A stretch of DNA of 59,535 nucleotides, filler included, from Nitrospinae bacterium RIFCSPLOWO2_12_FULL_45_22 (GTDB lineage Bacteria > 2-12-FULL-45-22), in NCBI GenBank assembly GCA_001803565.1. It is 6 parts of 6 records of this genome, joined end to end, with 100 filler letters (N's around TTAATTAATTAA, not from the genome) between each part and the next. Parts side by side here need not be neighbours in the genome. Positions count along the whole stretch, not along the records: positions 37,924 to 43,491 come from MHDQ01000245.1; positions 43,592 to 59,535 come from MHDQ01000246.1; 4 more parts are not named here. One strand, written 5' to 3'. The position numbers and the translations under genes are program-made. The notes under the pieces were generated by a model. That model did not search any database. It was not told the origin of the DNA and saw only the letters and a list, made by a program, of their open reading frames with translations. The first letter of the stretch is position 1, and every line of letters begins with the position of its first letter. Below are positions 40,419 to 50,792 of the stretch, in pieces.

Positions 40419-42230
40419 TTGAATAGATTCATAGAAACAATTTGTCAATACAGCGCTACGCTCAGGCTGATAGCCACCGATTCGGTCTGGAGATTTAAGA
40501 AGGGGTCTGCCTTTATTCTCCTAACAGGCTTTCTGGGGACTTCTTTTCAATTGCTGACTATCGGTCTCGCTATCTATTATGCGCGTGCGCTGGAAAAAGG
40601 TGAACCTGTTAAGTTGCTTGGATACGAATTTCAGGCACGGACCTCGGTTGCCCTTCTTTTCCTTTTAGGCGCCGGGGTTTTTTTCTTTCTTTTGCTGTCC
40701 GCATGGTTGATCTATTTTTCAAAGACAAAGACTATTGCATTGATGAGGAAGTACGAAACGTTTTGTTCAAAAAGGATATTCTCCCTGTTTGGCTCCAGTG
40801 TGAAAATATGGACTCCCCCCCACCAGAACTTTTGTGATGACAGAACTATTTTCAGAATTGTACGCTTCGACTCCAGGCATAACAGCAAGGCACTGGGAAT
40901 ACTTCTGACGACGATTGTTCCCGCCGTAACGTTACTGGTGTCTGTCTGCACGCTGTTTTACACCAACGTTTCGTTAACGTGTCTCATGATGGTTTTTTTT
41001 GGAATAGCTTCATTTTTTCAATACAAAATAAATATTATTGGTATCAGAGATTCCGCCCGGTTGGAAAATTGTATAAGAGGATGTGCGTTGGAATATAGAC
41101 AGATTATTCAACGGCAAAAAAGTATAGCTATGCCTTTGCCGAAAAATGAATCATGGTTTGAGAAGATGCTTTTCTCTTCAGGCAAAATCAGGCAATATAA
41201 AGATGCTTACACAGGCCGCCTGAAGGTGCTGGAAACCAGCCACCTTGTCAGCAACATATTATTTGCAATTACTATTTTTGTGCTCCTCCTGATTATGGGC
41301 TCCCGCATTATCTTCAGGGCGGATAACTGGAGCAGCTTGATTGTTTATCTGATTGCCTTACGCTTTTTTCTGGTTAATATAAGACAATTGAGCAGGCAAA
41401 TTACCCATCTCAACAGGTTTTATCCGCAAATAAAAAGATATTTTCAATTTCTGAATAATACGAAGGCATTGCAGGGAAACGGCGATCTGCGTTCGACACC
41501 CTATATGATACTCGCGGAGAAACCCATTGAAAATTCACTGAAAAATTGGCAATTACGCAAGGGAAGCAGGATCGGGCTAATCAGCGCGGTGAAGCTTAAT
41601 CGTTACACCCTCGCATTTTTTATTCACTGCCTGCTTGGACATTCAAAGCAAGCCGCAGAAAATGCCCTTAGTTCTGCATGGTTCATGACATCGAATTACG
41701 GGAATGTGTATACTTCATTAAGGGAGTTTCTGTGTCTTCCCTCCGGATATTCCTGGCAAGACCTCCGGGATGAATTGAAAGAGACAGAGATGTGCGATAG
41801 GCTCGAACAACAACTTTCCGGTGATTTAGACAGCTACATTTCACCAGAAAAATGGAACCAGGCGGACGCTGACCTGAAAGTTGCACTGGCGTTGCTCGGC
41901 GCAATGCATTCTGATAAGTATTGGATACTGCTTGAAGAGAATGTATTGCAGCACCTTCCCGATGCGGCGCTAAAATATTTCATCAATCGTCTTTCTGACA
42001 GAATTCTGGTGATAGTTTCTTGTCCAAACACAAAAACACCGGGAAAGTACGGTGAAGAGGTAATTGCGGTGCTTTCAGATAATGGCGTTGCAGGGTTGGG
42101 ATCTGCTGCGTGGTTTGAGGAAAACCGGCACAAAATCTTTGATACCCCGAAGCATATTCAACAGAATGATTCTTATATAAGTGACAGTGGTGCCGATAGC
42201 GAAGATTTGTTTGATGACGAGGATATTTAA
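40419..42230 (+). CDS. ABC-exporter transmembrane-like protein with an apparently degenerate C-terminal NBD
   Basis: About six TM helices in the N-half; no intact Walker A or signature; acidic tail. Confidence 0.55.
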   Translation: MNRFIETICQYSATLRLIATDSVWRFKKGSAFILLTGFLGTSFQLLTIGLAIYYARALEKGEPVKLLGYEFQARTSVALLFLLGAGVFFFLLLSAWLIYFSKTKTIALMRKYETFCSKRIFSLFGSSVKIWTPPHQNFCDDRTIFRIVRFDSRHNSKALGILLTTIVPAVTLLVSVCTLFYTNVSLTCLMMVFFGIASFFQYKINIIGIRDSARLENCIRGCALEYRQIIQRQKSIAMPLPKNESWFEKMLFSSGKIRQYKDAYTGRLKVLETSHLVSNILFAITIFVLLLIMGSRIIFRADNWSSLIVYLIALRFFLVNIRQLSRQITHLNRFYPQIKRYFQFLNNTKALQGNGDLRSTPYMILAEKPIENSLKNWQLRKGSRIGLISAVKLNRYTLAFFIHCLLGHSKQAAENALSSAWFMTSNYGNVYTSLREFLCLPSGYSWQDLRDELKETEMCDRLEQQLSGDLDSYISPEKWNQADADLKVALALLGAMHSDKYWILLEENVLQHLPDAALKYFINRLSDRILVIVSCPNTKTPGKYGEEVIAVLSDNGVAGLGSAAWFEENRHKIFDTPKHIQQNDSYISDSGADSEDLFDDEDI

Positions 42231-42253
42231 TTTAGAGAAAGATTAAAAAAAGT

Positions 42254-43054
42254 ATGAATAACCGCTATTCTTTTGAAGAAGTTAAAGCTTCAGCCAAGCT
42301 CATAGACGCCTGGTGGACCGTTAAAGTTATTGACCCCGTTGCCTTTCGGCTTACCTACCTTCTTGCCAATTACACCAGACTTACTCCCAACCAGATTAGT
42401 TTCTGTGCCCTGATCCTTGGGTTAGCAAGCGCCTATTTCTTCCTGAAAGGCGATTACATGCACCTTGTGCTGGGCGCAATAGTCATGGAACTGTCTTTTG
42501 TCTTTGATTGCGTGGATGGCAAGATTGCGCGTTTGAAGAAAGCGGGAACCAAATTCGGAGCTTACTGGGATTTTATTCAGGACAGGTTAGTACAGTTTGC
42601 TGCCCTCTTTGCCTTAATTTGGAGTCAGTGTCAGCATACAGGCAATACGGATTTTTGGATGCTGGGGATGACCTACGTTTTTGCAGACGCATTCCATCGC
42701 ACAACCTCGTTCCATATGCAAAATTTGGTTGCGGAAGAAGAGGGCAGGATTCCTAGGAAGCGTACGAAAAAGGAAATTGAGGAAATTCTGGCCAAATATG
42801 CAAAAACCCACAGCACCTGGAAGTCCTTTATCAAACGCTGGATGGTTAAAAACCGGCTGACAAGCTTTCCTACAACAATTGAAACCAGGGTGCTGCTGTT
42901 TTTCGTCTCCACCACCCTTAACCAAGTTTTCTGGGGTCTGGTGCTGGCAGTCGCTGCACTGGCATTCCTTACCGTACTCAAAAGTATAATGTCCCTGCGT
43001 CACCTTTACAATATTTCTTCAAATAAGGAAAGGGATTTTCCTAATATTGACTGA
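42254..43054 (+). CDS. CDP-alcohol phosphatidyltransferase family protein
   Basis: TPNQIS, DCVDGKIAR..G..WD...D signature. Confidence 0.9.
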   Translation: MNNRYSFEEVKASAKLIDAWWTVKVIDPVAFRLTYLLANYTRLTPNQISFCALILGLASAYFFLKGDYMHLVLGAIVMELSFVFDCVDGKIARLKKAGTKFGAYWDFIQDRLVQFAALFALIWSQCQHTGNTDFWMLGMTYVFADAFHRTTSFHMQNLVAEEEGRIPRKRTKKEIEEILAKYAKTHSTWKSFIKRWMVKNRLTSFPTTIETRVLLFFVSTTLNQVFWGLVLAVAALAFLTVLKSIMSLRHLYNISSNKERDFPNID

Positions 43055-43114
43055 TAGATTAGGTGACTTTAGGATTTCCTTGAAGTCAACAAACTATAAT
43101 TATATAATCAAAAC

Positions 43115-43491
43115 ATGAAAGTACTATTTCTAGCCGCCGGACTTGCCAACCGGCTTCGCCCCCTGACAAATAAAAAAACCAAGACCCTAATTGATTTAGG
43201 TGGAAAATCTATTATGGAACATTCCCTGGAATCGCTGACAAGTCGTGGTTTTAGGGATTTTGTCGTTGTTTCAGGACACGGACACGAGTTCCTGAAAGAA
43301 GAGACCGAATCCCTTTCCAGGAAACTGGATTTTAAATACACCATTATCTTTAATCCGGATTTTGAAAAGAAAAACAATTGTAGTTCGGTTTTATTGGCCA
43401 TTGATCATCTTGATGACCACGTGCTGCTTATTAACTCTGATGTGGTTTACGACCCGGTAATTCTGGATGAAGTAGTTGATAAGTTCGATAC
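43115..43491 (+). CDS. NTP transferase, LicC/phosphocholine cytidylyltransferase-like (3' truncated)
   Basis: LAAGLANRLRPLT..K.L, NPDF..NN..S, INSD. Confidence 0.82.
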
Positions 43492-43748
43492 NNNNNNNNN
43501 NNNNNNNNNNNNNNNNNNNNNNNNNNNNNNNNNNNTTAATTAATTAANNNNNNNNNNNNNNNNNNNNNNNNNNNNNNNNNNNNNNNNNNNNAGAGCAAGC
43601 TCTGCCATTACAACCAAAAAATAATTTGTAGTGATCGAGCCTTCGGGCTGAGGCCCTCTAGGCCGAAAGCTTGCTCGCCTCTATCCAGGTCCTTTGCCAT
43701 TCTTTAGTGACTTTGTGCCTTGGTGGCTGAACGATTATCGAAAATGAA

Positions 43749-43825
43749 TGTCATTCCGACCAAAGGGAGGAATCTTTATTTACCTCCGGTCTCGGAAAGA
43801 TTTCTCGCTGCGCTCGAAATGACAA
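43749..43825. repeat. REP-like inverted repeat
   Basis: TGTCATTCCGAC...GAATCT then AGATTTCTC...CTCGAAATGACA; a related half copy lies near 23537-23562. Confidence 0.6.
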
Positions 43826-44016
43826 AGAACCTGAACTGTTACATTCTTTTGATATTCTTACAGCGGTGGCCATTTTTAATACCTCCAATTGTGATTAAGT
43901 TGCATTTTGTTATATCTTATATCTAATCATACGCAACGATGTTGCTTGTCGGGCAGATAGAGACACCAGGGCAATAGGGCTAAAGATAGTTTACTTTGGT
44001 GAAGGAGAAAGGGTAT

Positions 44017-45438
44017 ATGGACTTGAGCGGGATTAAGTATATTCATCTGATTGCGGTATGCGGTATGGGTATGGGTTCTCTGGCGGGGTTGCTAAAATCT
44101 TCTGGCTATCTGGTCTCGGGTTCAGATGAGCAATTTTATCCACCCATGAACCTTCAGCTCCAGGAATTAGGGATTGACCTTAAGCTGGGTTACAAGCCGG
44201 AAAACCTCCACCCTAATCCTGATTTAGTTATAGTAGGTAATGCGGTCTCTAAAGGGAATCCCGAGGTAGAAGAGACGCTGGCTAGGGGACTGCCTTATAT
44301 GTCCCTCCCCCAGGCCCTGGCAGAGTTTTATCTGAAAGGCAAACACCCTATAGTCATTGCCGGTACTCATGGTAAGACTACTACCTCTGCCCTTATAAGC
44401 TGGTTACTGGAAGTGGGTGGTATGGAGCCAGGGTTTATGATTGGTGGTATAGTGAAAAATTATGATAGAAGTTATAAAGTTGGCCAGGGAAAATATTTTG
44501 TGGTGGAAGGGGATGAGTATGATAGTGCGTTTTTTGATAAGAGGCCCAAATTTTTCCATTATCAAGCCAGCATTGCAATAATAACTGGCATAGAGTTTGA
44601 TCATGCCGATATTTATCAAGATCTGGCAGAAATCAAAAAGGCCTTTGCCCAATTTATCCTCTCCCTACCTGAACAAGGGCGTATGTTGGCCTGTGGGGAT
44701 GATAATAATTTAAGGGGATTAATCGAGCAGGAGCTAGCGGGTAAGGTTCGGTGCAAGATAGAGAGCTATGGATTAGACGCGAAAGACGGATGGCAAGCCA
44801 GGGATATCCGTTTTGACCAGAGTGGTGGTCATTTTGTCATACTCAGGAATGGAGAGCCAGTATGCGAGCTGCATAGCCCCTTATGGGGTAGACATAATAT
44901 TCAAAATATTGTTGCTGCTATTGGGGTTGCTCATGGCGTAGGTGTAGCCTGGGATAAGATAGAAGAGGGGCTCAAGACTTTTAAAGGGGTTAAGCGGAGG
45001 CAGGAGATTGTGGCTGAGACAAATGGTGTAATTATTGTGGACGATTTTGCCCACCACCCTACGGCAGTACGAGAGACTATCCGGGCTATTAATGCCCGCT
45101 TCCCTAACCGGAGGCTCTGGGCAGTCTTTGAACCCCGTACCAATACCAGCCGGCGTAATATCTTTCAGGAGGCTTATCGGCAAGCCTTTGATGGCGCAAA
45201 AAAGATAATTATTGCCGATGTATATCGCCCGGATAAGATTAAAGACGAAGAGAGGTTTTTACCGGAAAAGCTGGCCGAGGATTTGCGGAACAAAGGGAAA
45301 GAGGCCCTGCATATATCCGGCATCTCTAATATCCTGGCCACCCTCTGTCAGCATCTCATCCCAGGAGATGTGGTGCTGATAATGTCCAATGGCAGCTTTG
45401 ACCATCTACCTTATAAATTAGCGGCTGAGCTTGCCTGA
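44017..45438 (+). CDS. mpl: Murein peptide ligase
   Basis: HLIAVCGMGMG, YPPM, GTHGKTTT, EGDEYD.AFFDK, DHAD, DDFAHHPT, FEPRTNT, MSNG. Confidence 0.9.
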   Translation: MDLSGIKYIHLIAVCGMGMGSLAGLLKSSGYLVSGSDEQFYPPMNLQLQELGIDLKLGYKPENLHPNPDLVIVGNAVSKGNPEVEETLARGLPYMSLPQALAEFYLKGKHPIVIAGTHGKTTTSALISWLLEVGGMEPGFMIGGIVKNYDRSYKVGQGKYFVVEGDEYDSAFFDKRPKFFHYQASIAIITGIEFDHADIYQDLAEIKKAFAQFILSLPEQGRMLACGDDNNLRGLIEQELAGKVRCKIESYGLDAKDGWQARDIRFDQSGGHFVILRNGEPVCELHSPLWGRHNIQNIVAAIGVAHGVGVAWDKIEEGLKTFKGVKRRQEIVAETNGVIIVDDFAHHPTAVRETIRAINARFPNRRLWAVFEPRTNTSRRNIFQEAYRQAFDGAKKIIIADVYRPDKIKDEERFLPEKLAEDLRNKGKEALHISGISNILATLCQHLIPGDVVLIMSNGSFDHLPYKLAAELA

Positions 45439-45560
45439 AGATACCCCGCCATTGAAAAAATCGTGCCATTATGTTAAGTTAAGGATAAAAATTTATCCTC
45501 TACCCCTACCCTTCCCCTCGAGGGGGAGGGATAGGGATGGGGGAAAAGGGGGAATCAATA

Positions 45561-47357
45561 TTGAACCAATTTTATAAGAATCTAGCCCTCTGGCTGATAA
45601 TAGCCTTGATAATGATAGCCCTTTTTAATCTCTTCAATAAGCCCTACGAACCAAAAGAGCAGTTGCCTTTTAGCGATTTTGTGGCGGCTGTAGAGAATGG
45701 CAAGGTGATAGAAGTCAAGATTAAAGGGAACAGTATTAGCGGTAGACTTAAGAATGGTAAGGCTTTCAGGACTTATTCCCCGGACGATCCCGAGGTGGTG
45801 AAAATATTACGGCAGAATAAAGTCAAGATATTTGCTGAGCCATTGGAGGAGTCTTCCTGGTATGTCAATTTACTATTATCCTGGCTCCCCATGCTGTTGC
45901 TTTTGGGGCTATGGGTATTCTTTATGCGCCAGATGCAAATAGGGGGTACCCGCGCCCTTTCTTTTGGTAAGAGCCGGGCCCGACTCCTTACCCAGGATAA
46001 GAAAAAAGCTACTTTTAAAGATGTAGCGGGGATAGATGAGGCCAAAGAAGAACTGCAAGAGATCATTGATTTCTTGCGCGACCCGCAAAAATTTCAGAAA
46101 CTGGGAGGGAAAATACCAAAAGGAGTCCTGCTAATGGGACCTCCTGGAACCGGCAAGACATTGTTAGCCAGGGCTATAGCTGGTGAAGCCGAGGTCCATT
46201 TCTTCACCATAAGTGGGTCAGACTTTGTCGAGATGTTTGTGGGGGTAGGGGCATCGCGGGTCAGGGACCTCTTTGAACAGGGGAAAAAAAGTGCCCCTTG
46301 CATTATCTTTATTGATGAGATAGATGCCGTAGGCAGACATCGTGGAGCCGGCTTAGGTGGGGGCCATGATGAGAGAGAGCAGACCCTTAACCAGTTATTG
46401 GTAGAGATGGATGGTTTTGAGTCTAATGAAGGCATAATTTTAATAGCCGCAACTAACCGGCCTGATGTGCTGGACCCAGCATTATTGCGGCCCGGTCGGT
46501 TTGATCGCCAGGTAGTAGTGCCACGTCCCGATATTAAGGGAAGGGAAGGCATTTTGAAAGTGCATGCGGAAAATATCCCCTTAGCTGACGATGTAGACCT
46601 GACAGTCTTGTCCCGTGGTACACCCGGTTTTTCTGGGGCTGATTTAGCTAATCTGGTCAATGAGGCAGCCCTGATAGCGGCCCGAACCGATAAAGAGTCG
46701 GTAGATATGAAGGATTTTGAAGAAGCCAAAGATAAGGTAATGATGGGAAAAGAGCGCCGGAGTTTGATTATTAGCGATGAAGAGAAAAGGAACACCGCCT
46801 TCCATGAAGGGGGACATACCCTGGTAGCCAAGCTAATACCTAATGCCGATCCTATCCATAAAGTCACTATTATACCCCGGGGGGTCGCTATGGGCCTCAC
46901 ACAACAACTGCCTATTGATGAGAAGCACAATTATTCCAAAGAATATCTGTTGGATACCCTGGCGATATTGATGGGTGGGAGGGCAGCCGAAGAGCTCTTT
47001 TTAAATAGCATTACTACTGGGGCCGAGAATGATATAGACCGGGCAACAGAACTGGCCAGAAAAATGGTCTGTTCCTGGGGGATGAGTGAGAGAGTAGGCC
47101 CACTCTCGTTTGGCAAGAGAGAGGAGCAGATATTTTTAGGCCGCGATCTGGTGCAGCATAAGGATTATAGTGAACATACTGCTATTGAAATAGATGATGA
47201 GATCAGGAAATTAGTGCTGGAAAGTATGGATAGAGCAAAAGCCCTGCTGCAAGAAAATAAAGATAGGCTCCTTGATCTGGCTCAGGCCCTATTAGAAAAA
47301 GAAGTCCTGGATGGGGCTGAGATTGACCAGATTATCCAAAAACCTCGTGAGGAGTGA
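45561..47357 (+). CDS. ftsH: ATP-dependent zinc metalloprotease FtsH
   Basis: Two TM helices, [31 protein letters not shown] start inferred. Confidence 0.97.
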   Translation: MNQFYKNLALWLIIALIMIALFNLFNKPYEPKEQLPFSDFVAAVENGKVIEVKIKGNSISGRLKNGKAFRTYSPDDPEVVKILRQNKVKIFAEPLEESSWYVNLLLSWLPMLLLLGLWVFFMRQMQIGGTRALSFGKSRARLLTQDKKKATFKDVAGIDEAKEELQEIIDFLRDPQKFQKLGGKIPKGVLLMGPPGTGKTLLARAIAGEAEVHFFTISGSDFVEMFVGVGASRVRDLFEQGKKSAPCIIFIDEIDAVGRHRGAGLGGGHDEREQTLNQLLVEMDGFESNEGIILIAATNRPDVLDPALLRPGRFDRQVVVPRPDIKGREGILKVHAENIPLADDVDLTVLSRGTPGFSGADLANLVNEAALIAARTDKESVDMKDFEEAKDKVMMGKERRSLIISDEEKRNTAFHEGGHTLVAKLIPNADPIHKVTIIPRGVAMGLTQQLPIDEKHNYSKEYLLDTLAILMGGRAAEELFLNSITTGAENDIDRATELARKMVCSWGMSERVGPLSFGKREEQIFLGRDLVQHKDYSEHTAIEIDDEIRKLVLESMDRAKALLQENKDRLLDLAQALLEKEVLDGAEIDQIIQKPREE

Positions 47358-47453
47358 GGAGTAAGGCGTGAGAGCGTGAGGGAGATATTTCTTACCCCTC
47401 ACGACTTAACTGACGGAGCTTTTATTCCTTACTACTCACCCCTTACTTACTCC
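47348..47453. repeat. Heptamer-periodic palindromic repeat (GTGAGGA/GTAAGG ... CCTTAC/CTCAC)
   Basis: Related copies near 8750-8821, 12452-12506, 16100-16145, 17068-17106, 53704-53780 and inside the 3964 MITE. Confidence 0.65.
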
Positions 47454-47480
47454 CGGTATTCAACGGTGGCAATAGATTAA

Positions 47481-48038
47481 ATGGGTATTGACCGAGCGAA
47501 GATTGAAAGGGGTGTCCGGCTGATTTTAGAAGCTATTGGCGAAGACCCCGAGCGGGAGGGGCTCAGGGAAACCCCCCATCGGGTTGCCCGGATGTGGGAG
47601 GAGCTTTTAGGGGAACGAGAAGAGGGCCTGGATAAAGCTACCAGGTTATTTCAGGTAGATACCGGGGATCAATTAACCCTGATTAAAGATATCCATTTAA
47701 TTGGTATCTGTGAGCACCACCTATTGCCTTTTATAGGCAAGGCCCATATCGCCTATTTACCAGAAGGGGGTAGGGTAGTTGGGTTAAATACTATAGTACG
47801 CTGGGCTAATGCCCTGGCAAAGAGACCCCAGCTCCAGGAGCAACTAACCCGGGATTTGGCTGAAAAGATCATGCAAGAAATGAATCCCAAAGGAGCGCTG
47901 GTCATTATAGAGGCAGAACATGTCTGTATGATGATACAAGGAATGAGGCGCCCCGGTTCAATATTTGTTACCTATACTAAGCAAGGACCAGTAGATATCA
48001 CTGCCGAGGTGTGGTCCTTGATAAAGGGTTTGGGATAA
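47481..48038 (+). CDS. folE: GTP cyclohydrolase I-like protein (divergent)
   Basis: REGLRETP.RVAR, CEHHLLPF.G, HVCM; upstream of folP. Confidence 0.8.
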   Translation: MGIDRAKIERGVRLILEAIGEDPEREGLRETPHRVARMWEELLGEREEGLDKATRLFQVDTGDQLTLIKDIHLIGICEHHLLPFIGKAHIAYLPEGGRVVGLNTIVRWANALAKRPQLQEQLTRDLAEKIMQEMNPKGALVIIEAEHVCMMIQGMRRPGSIFVTYTKQGPVDITAEVWSLIKGLG

Positions 48039-48041
48039 AGG

Positions 48042-48896
48042 TTGGCGAGGAAATTTGGCCCTTTGAAGTGGAAAGGGTATGAGCTCCCCTTGCACAAGAG
48101 AACTCTTATCATGGGGGTTCTTAACCTAACCCCAGATTCTTTTTTCGATGCTGGCCGGTATTATGATCCCGACGAGGCAATAGTGCGGGCCCAGGAGATG
48201 GTTGAGCAAGGGGCTGATATTATAGATATAGGGGGTGAATCTACCCGGCCTGGGGCTGAGCCAGTTCAGGAGGAGATAGAACTGGCCCGTATCCTCCCGG
48301 TAATCCGCCGGTTGGTGGGGGAGATTGAGATCCCGCTATCTGTAGATACTTATAAATCTGGAGTTGCATCCCGGGCCTTAAGGGAAGGGGCGGCTATGAT
48401 TAATGACATTAGTGGATTCCATTTTGACCCCCAGATGCCCCAGGTAATTGCTGAATTTCAAGTACCAGTGGTAGTAATGCATACTGCGGGCAAGCCTAAA
48501 ACTATGCAGCAGCACGCCTGTTACCAGGAGTTGATCAATGATATAATTGCCTATCTGGAGGAGGGTGTCCAGGTAGGTCTCGCCGCAGGAATAAGTCCAG
48601 ATAAGTTCATTATTGACCCCGGTTTAGGCTTTGGTAAAACCCGGGCAAATAATCTAAGAATCCTTCGAGAATTGCCCCAGTTTCAAAGCCTGGACAAACC
48701 TATCATGATCGGGGCATCCAGGAAGTCTTTTATTGGTAAAGTCCTGGACCTTCCTTTAGAAGAGAGGCTAGAGGGTAGTCTAGCTGCTGCAGCAGTAGCT
48801 ATTTTTAATGGGGCAAATATAATCAGGACCCATGATGTAAAAGAAACCAGGCGGGTAGCAATGATGGTAGATGCTATCCTGGGTTGGGCAGTGTAG
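48042..48896 (+). CDS. folP: Dihydropteroate synthase
   Basis: NLTPDSF, GGESTRPG, DPGLGFGK, SRKSF, RTHDV. Confidence 0.95.
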   Translation: MARKFGPLKWKGYELPLHKRTLIMGVLNLTPDSFFDAGRYYDPDEAIVRAQEMVEQGADIIDIGGESTRPGAEPVQEEIELARILPVIRRLVGEIEIPLSVDTYKSGVASRALREGAAMINDISGFHFDPQMPQVIAEFQVPVVVMHTAGKPKTMQQHACYQELINDIIAYLEEGVQVGLAAGISPDKFIIDPGLGFGKTRANNLRILRELPQFQSLDKPIMIGASRKSFIGKVLDLPLEERLEGSLAAAAVAIFNGANIIRTHDVKETRRVAMMVDAILGWAV

Positions 48897-48969
48897 CCGC
48901 AGGCTTTAGCCTGAGGAAATAACGCAACCTTTCACTTCGTTCAAGGCAGGCTCTGAAGGTTGCGGCTAC
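48893..48969. repeat. Palindromic intergenic repeat GTAGCCGCA...TGCGGCTAC
   Basis: Terminal inverted repeat; left arm recurs at about 58046-58066. Confidence 0.6.
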
Positions 48970-49020
48970 CCCACATAACTGAGGCATTGCGCTTGTCCTT
49001 ATCTGTTTAGGGGGTTAAGG

Positions 49021-49845
49021 ATGCTAAATTTCTTGCTCCAGGTCTTTCAGACACCACCCTTTTATGGTACCTGGCGTTTTCTGTTAGACCTATTAGATAT
49101 TGGGATTATAACCTTCATTTTTTATCGCCTGTTTCTCTTGATCCGGGGAACCAGGGCCCTGCAAATGTTGATCGGCCTCGCTATTTTAGCAGCCGCTACC
49201 GTTATATCCCAGGTGGTAGAACTTCATACTACCAGTTGGCTCTTACAGAATTTTTGGACTATATGGGTATTGGCCATAATAATCCTTTTCCAGCCAGAAT
49301 TACGCCGCGCCCTGGCCCAGGTAGGGCGGAGTTCTTTATTTAACTGGTTTTACCCGGTAGAAAAAACCCCGGTACTGGATGAAGTAGTAAAGGCTACCCT
49401 ATCACTAGCAGCTAAAAAAATTGGGGCTTTAATCGTCTTTGAGCGGGATACGCCGCTAGAGGACTTTATGGAAGGGGGTATTGCTGTTGATGGGGAAGTT
49501 AGTCAAGAACTCTTAACCAGTATTTTTCTTCCTTATTCACCCCTGCACGATGGTGCTGTGGTTATATCCGGGAAAAGAATAGCGTGGGCTTCTTGTTATT
49601 TGCCACTTACCTTGAATCCCCAGTTGAGTAATACCCTGGGGACCAGGCACCGGGCAGCCGTGGGGTTGACCGAAGAAACTGATGCCATTGCTATTGTGGT
49701 TTCTGAAGAGACAGGGGATATATCTCTGGCTGCCCAGGGTACCCTTACCAAGCACGTGGAGCCATTAGGCCTAAAGATAGCCCTGACCCAACTTTTTGAG
49801 TCGCGTAGGGAACAGAATAGATATGTTCACGAATTTAGGCATTAA
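49021..49845 (+). CDS. cdaA: Diadenylate cyclase
   Basis: Three TM helices, FQPELRRAL, PLHDGA, GTRHRAA, VSEETG. Confidence 0.95.
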   Translation: MLNFLLQVFQTPPFYGTWRFLLDLLDIGIITFIFYRLFLLIRGTRALQMLIGLAILAAATVISQVVELHTTSWLLQNFWTIWVLAIIILFQPELRRALAQVGRSSLFNWFYPVEKTPVLDEVVKATLSLAAKKIGALIVFERDTPLEDFMEGGIAVDGEVSQELLTSIFLPYSPLHDGAVVISGKRIAWASCYLPLTLNPQLSNTLGTRHRAAVGLTEETDAIAIVVSEETGDISLAAQGTLTKHVEPLGLKIALTQLFESRREQNRYVHEFRH

Positions 49846-50722
49846 GTTCCTATCGTTTATACTGGCCTTGGCCTTGTGGTTTTATGTAACCAATCAGGGA
49901 AAGTACGAGATAAGCTTTTCTGTGCCTTTGCAATTCACTAACATCCCTAAGGGCCTGGAATTATTACGGAGTTCTGCGGAATATATCACCTTACGGGCAA
50001 GGGGGTCAGAGGATAAGATGAGGAATCTTTCTCCCCAGAAGATCCAGGCCTCTATTGATCTCTCTAGCTCGAAAAAGGGAGAGAGTATCTTTTATCTTAC
50101 CATGGATAATTTTAATCTTCCTAAAGGGATATCAGTAGCTAAAATAGCTCCACCTAATATAAAAATAAAGCTGGAAGAGACCCTGGCCCGGGAAGTTTCT
50201 ATTATCCCCAAGCTTAAGGGTAAAGCGCCTTACGGTTATAGAGTAAAAAAGGTCAGGATCACCCCGGCTATGGCTAGTATAGCTGGGCCTAATAGCATAG
50301 TTAAAAAGGCCTCTGAGATCCATACCAATCCCATTGATGTCTCAGAGATAACGGAAGATACGGTCCAGACAGTCTCTCTTCAATTGTCCCTACAACCCCT
50401 CCGCATTATCCAGACTACTCCTTTCTATGCCCACATTACTATAGAAGAGATATTAGGGACCAGAGATTTTCCAGGGCTCCCGATAACCATAAATAATCCA
50501 ACCGATAATGTAATCCTGGAGCCACCAGAGATAAAGGTAGTCATTAAAGGGCCTTTAGCTATTTTACAGAGTTTAAAAAAGGAGGATGTTATAGTAAAAT
50601 TAGACTTACCGAAAAAAAAGGCAGGCACTTATCACCTGCCCGCCTCGATAGAGCTTCCCGATCGCTTGCTATTGGTAAATAGTGAGCCAAAACTCGTAAC
50701 CGTAAAGATTGGTAGAAAATGA
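49823..50722 (+). CDS. cdaR: CdaR/YbbR-domain protein
   Basis: N-terminal TM (LALALW), repeated YbbR-like beta domains, follows cdaA. Confidence 0.85.
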   Translation: MFTNLGIKFLSFILALALWFYVTNQGKYEISFSVPLQFTNIPKGLELLRSSAEYITLRARGSEDKMRNLSPQKIQASIDLSSSKKGESIFYLTMDNFNLPKGISVAKIAPPNIKIKLEETLAREVSIIPKLKGKAPYGYRVKKVRITPAMASIAGPNSIVKKASEIHTNPIDVSEITEDTVQTVSLQLSLQPLRIIQTTPFYAHITIEEILGTRDFPGLPITINNPTDNVILEPPEIKVVIKGPLAILQSLKKEDVIVKLDLPKKKAGTYHLPASIELPDRLLLVNSEPKLVTVKIGRK

Positions 50723-50792
50723 AGCTGAGCTAAAAAAGTAAAGCGCATGGGGTAAAAACAAGTTTTACATTTTATTTTTGGAGGAGGAGCTA

